64,000 nucleotides of DNA from Anthoceros angustus (lineage: Eukaryota > Plantae > Anthocerotophyta): assembly GCA_010909165.1 (NCBI GenBank), contig VJWM01000289.1, positions 61,051 to 125,050 of the forward strand, written 5' to 3'. Below, in pieces: positions 60,621 to 64,000 of the stretch. The notes beneath the pieces were generated by a model. The model was given only the letters and a program-made list of their open reading frames with translations. It did no database searches and was not told the origin of the DNA. The first letter of the stretch is position 1. Each line of letters starts with the position of its first letter. Position numbers and translations under genes: made by a program.

Positions 60621-63196
60621 GGGCTCTCTTAGCCACCGGCTCATCCTCGCCTCCTCTTCCTCTCACTTGTGGAGCAAGTGAGCTCCTTGCTCCTGCACCC
60701 ATGTTAGGAGGTTGGTCTTCTCCTTGTGATTCTTGCTCCACCCCTGCAAGATTGACCACCTCTTCCTCCTTTCCCGCAAGGGCCGAGGTACTCGCCTCCC
60801 TGCCACAAATCCATGCTAGCAGCCCTTGACCATTCTTCGCTCCTCCTACCATGGTAGGACCTTCTCCCTCTTGTGGGAGGAAAACCTCGGGGCTTCGAGG
60901 CTTCCCCTCTAGTGGCCACACTTATCCCACCGTCGCTTCGTATGTTGGGTTTCGTCCCATGAGACTCGTGTGAAAGTTTGAGGTCTTGTGATAACCGATC
61001 ACACCGCAGTGACACAACTTCAGCCTTCTAAACAAGCAAGGCGCTACTCACCCTCTTACACACGCTTGCACCGCCCGAAGACCACCAATTCTCAACCCAC
61101 AACAACACACATTGAGGTCCCGCCTTAGCAAAGAAGGAGCCACGGCGCCCAGGGACCCCCGATCCACACCGAATTTTGTCCCTACTTCTAAGACCAATCC
61201 TCTCCACCTGTGGGAGCGCCTTTTACTTGGTGATTTGGGATTCGTCCCTTAGGCTCTACCGGCCTTCCACCAACACCTACACTTCTAATCCTCTACTCAT
61301 CTCCTCATCCTCTTCCTCCTATTCTAACCTCGCCTGCCATGGCTCGACCTCACGGCACAACCGCCTCGGCCTCCACCAAAGAAGTTCTTCCTTGGGCCGG
61401 CTATGAGTTTGACACCGACAGAACCTCCTGTGGAGTCTTTCCTGATCAACCTCAGCCGAGAGTTCCGGCATTGCCACACACCCAAAGCAAAGCAATTTCA
61501 AAGAACCATTCACAAGGGGAGCAACTGCTTAGGCACTTGAGCAAGCCTCCACCAAGCACCACCACCTCTCTACCGTTGGCTCACACTGCTAAAATTCCTT
61601 TACAAGAATGGCAAAGGACTTGAGTATGGAAGCGCAAGACATGATACTTTACTTTGTGAAATCCTCCTCCTCTTATAGGAGGCCTCCACATACACCTCCC
61701 CTTGGTGACCCTACCGCAGTCACCTTTTCCAATATTCTATTATTTCCTACCGCCAAGATTTAAGACCGGCATCTAAGTCTATGCCCGATCCTAAATTCTA
61801 TTCTAGCAACTTCACCTAAGATCATCCTTAAAGGATGTCACCTATCTCACCTATCCTTCCTATTCTCCAAGCTCATTTATGGTTTGACCATTCCTAGTCC
61901 TCATCGGGGTGGTGACGGCCTGTGGATTGGCTCTCGCCTCCTTTTGCTCTGCCCTTCCCCATCTGCTCTTCCTAATGTGTGGGGCAAGTACCAATGTTGC
62001 CCCTTCCTCCATCTCCGGGGTGGCGCCTTGGTCGTTCATCCAGCCGCGCCTCCACGCTTTTCTCCACCTCCGCCTGGTCGCCTTTATCAAGACTACCGCG
62101 GTAGTCCGCAGATCATCGGGTAGTCCGACTACCTACCATGGTAGTCTGTCCCTATCTCCTTCTTCTTCTCTCCTGATCTTCGGGTTGAGATCTTCTTGCT
62201 CCTTTCCTTGTTTGGTTTGTCCATACCTATCATGGAGCATGTCTTCAAAGGTTCCTCCCCATGGCAACCGATGTTGTCACCTCGCTAACCTCCGGGCCTT
62301 GCTGGTCTCCTCCTCCGGCCGGCTCTCATCGTGGGTGAGGGAACTCACCCTCCCCTTCCTCGACGGATCTAACTCCGCCTGTCTCCTGGGGTTGTTCCCC
62401 ACCACCGCCTCCCTCCAGGGTATGCCGACCCCGGCTCCTTCATCCCAGCCAGCCTCGCCCCGACTCCCAACAGTTCAGGCCTGGCCTGCCTACCCAGAGT
62501 CCGCGACCACCGTGAGGGTGGCCACCACACGGTAGTCCGCATCTCGGTAGGGTGGTCACCCACCGTGGTAGTGTGACCGTGAGGGCGGGCTGTCCCCTCC
62601 TTGCTCTCCGCGCCATCTCTCTTGGCGCCGGCTCTCCATCTCCTCCCCTATTCTTCCCGAGTCCATGTCACTTGTGGCCTCATCAGGGCCTCCGCCGCAC
62701 TGCTGCAGCCCTTCCTGTCATCATCATGAGGACCCAATGTCCTCCTCTTGGCCAACGCAACTCATTGTTGGCCTTCAATATCTGTGAAGATGGGCGCCCA
62801 AGCTATGATATTGCATTTGGAGATCATCAACTCGGGCCATTCTCCATCTTCACACCTACCCTTGTAGGCATCCCTTGAGGTGGTCAATTCTCCCACCTTC
62901 ACATGGAGGGTCACATTCTCCTCCCTTGCTTCTCTCAGCTGGTTGGCTAATTTCACTGAAGGGCATAGTCTGCCCAAAATCGCCTCTTCCTCACCACCAG
63001 CATCCTATGCACCACCTTCTTGTGGTGCTCCTCCTCTTGGGACCTCCTCCGCTCCAGGTCCACCAATTGTTGTGCAAGCCCTTCCCTTTCCGCTTGCCAA
63101 ACACCCTTCTTGCGCTCCAACTCCTGCAGTTGCTGGTCTTGTGTCTCCAGCTCCGAGCGCTTCTCCTCCAAATTGTACCGGGTCCTTCGCAATTCT

Positions 63197-63466
63197 TGAT
63201 AAAATACATATAGTTTAGGGCACTATTCACTAGGGCACCTTTACTTATGCTTTAATTTATCTCTAGGGCATTAAGTAGTTACTTAGTTAATTGTCCTAGG
63301 AGGTTAGTTGTTATATTAGTTATACAACGAATAACAACTTATGGTTATAACCGCTCAACCACCTAACCACCTTGCCTATAAATAGGCTTTGTACTTATTA
63401 TATACATTGTAATGCAAGCATCTTTTATGCTAGAGCTTAGCATGATTTTCATCATGGTATCGAGGC
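63197..63466 (+). mobile_element. 5' LTR and PBS of another LTR retrotransposon, truncating the coiled-coil ORF
   Basis: TGATAAAA start, CTATAAAT TATA-like box (~63376), ..CATCA end at 63454, followed directly by the iMet-type PBS TGGTATCGAGGC. Confidence 0.7.
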
Positions 63467-64000
63467 CTTTGCTCTTGATGCTAGAGCTACTTTCCTATTT
63501 CCTCCTACTCTCACTTTCTCTTTTGATTGCAAACAAAAGCGGAAAATGAAAACAATTGAATTGAAAAGAGTTATTTCAAATTTCAAGAGAGCCTCCGCTA
63601 GTAACACAACTTTGTTGTGTTTTCCCTCTTTAATCCATTAAAGGAGGCAAGCGGAGAGGTTAATCTTAGATTTTCAAACTTTTAAACTATTTTTATTTGC
63701 GTTGATATTGTTTTATTTGATAAAGTGTTTTTATTGACTTTATTTTCTTTACAGATATAAGAACAAGGTGAGGGATTGTCAGTGCAATCGATTCTTGTAA
63801 GCGTTGTTGTAACAATGTCTTAGAGCTTTGGAAATAAGATAATTTTTCTTGTACTGAATGAGAAAATCTGTTGTACAAGTTTATCTTCATTTTATCAGAA
63901 ATGCTCATTAATGAAAGCGTATCTTGAGTGAATTTTCCAATCCCAGGAAACACATTTTTAATCTTTCAAGAACTTTATGTTGCAACAACAATGATTGCAA

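Noticed and set aside
21000-63200. DIRS/tyrosine-recombinase retroelement explaining the split repeats
   Set aside because: I found no R..H-x-x-R..Y recombinase motifs and no DIRS-type RT/methyltransferase. All pol pieces seen are DDE-integrase types.
63693-63953. 86-aa minus ORF
   Set aside because: No motif, AT-rich, lies downstream of a PBS on the opposite strand and near the window edge. Unassignable.

Overview
Eukaryotic plant-lineage DNA, probably a non-seed land plant or a streptophyte alga (low-confidence inference). Bases 1-7.2 kb hold two head-to-head, intron-containing host genes: a PM-ANT1-like adenine-nucleotide carrier (minus) and the ABCI11/NAP14 ABC ATPase (plus, 9 exons). 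The remaining ~56 kb is a nested transposon block. It contains a 19-bp minisatellite, Tat/Athila-type Ty3/gypsy fragments, and a chromoviral Ty3/gypsy split by a non-autonomous CACTA element with TIRs and an AGA TSD. It also contains a full-length Ty1/copia with LTRs, PBS, PPT and TSD, and many diverged copies of a GC-rich multi-ORF repeat family with no recognisable gag/pol. The most unusual signal is at 26.8-40.6 kb: a patchwork of copies of sequences found elsewhere in the window, joined at microhomologies of 7-10 bp, mostly exactly 9 bp. This is either an assembly/consensus artefact or extreme template switching. Compensating homopolymer frameshifts in a conserved host gene show that base-level accuracy is imperfect. 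Frameshifts, point variants and junctions therefore need checking against raw reads. All protein assignments come from motif recall; no database search was run.
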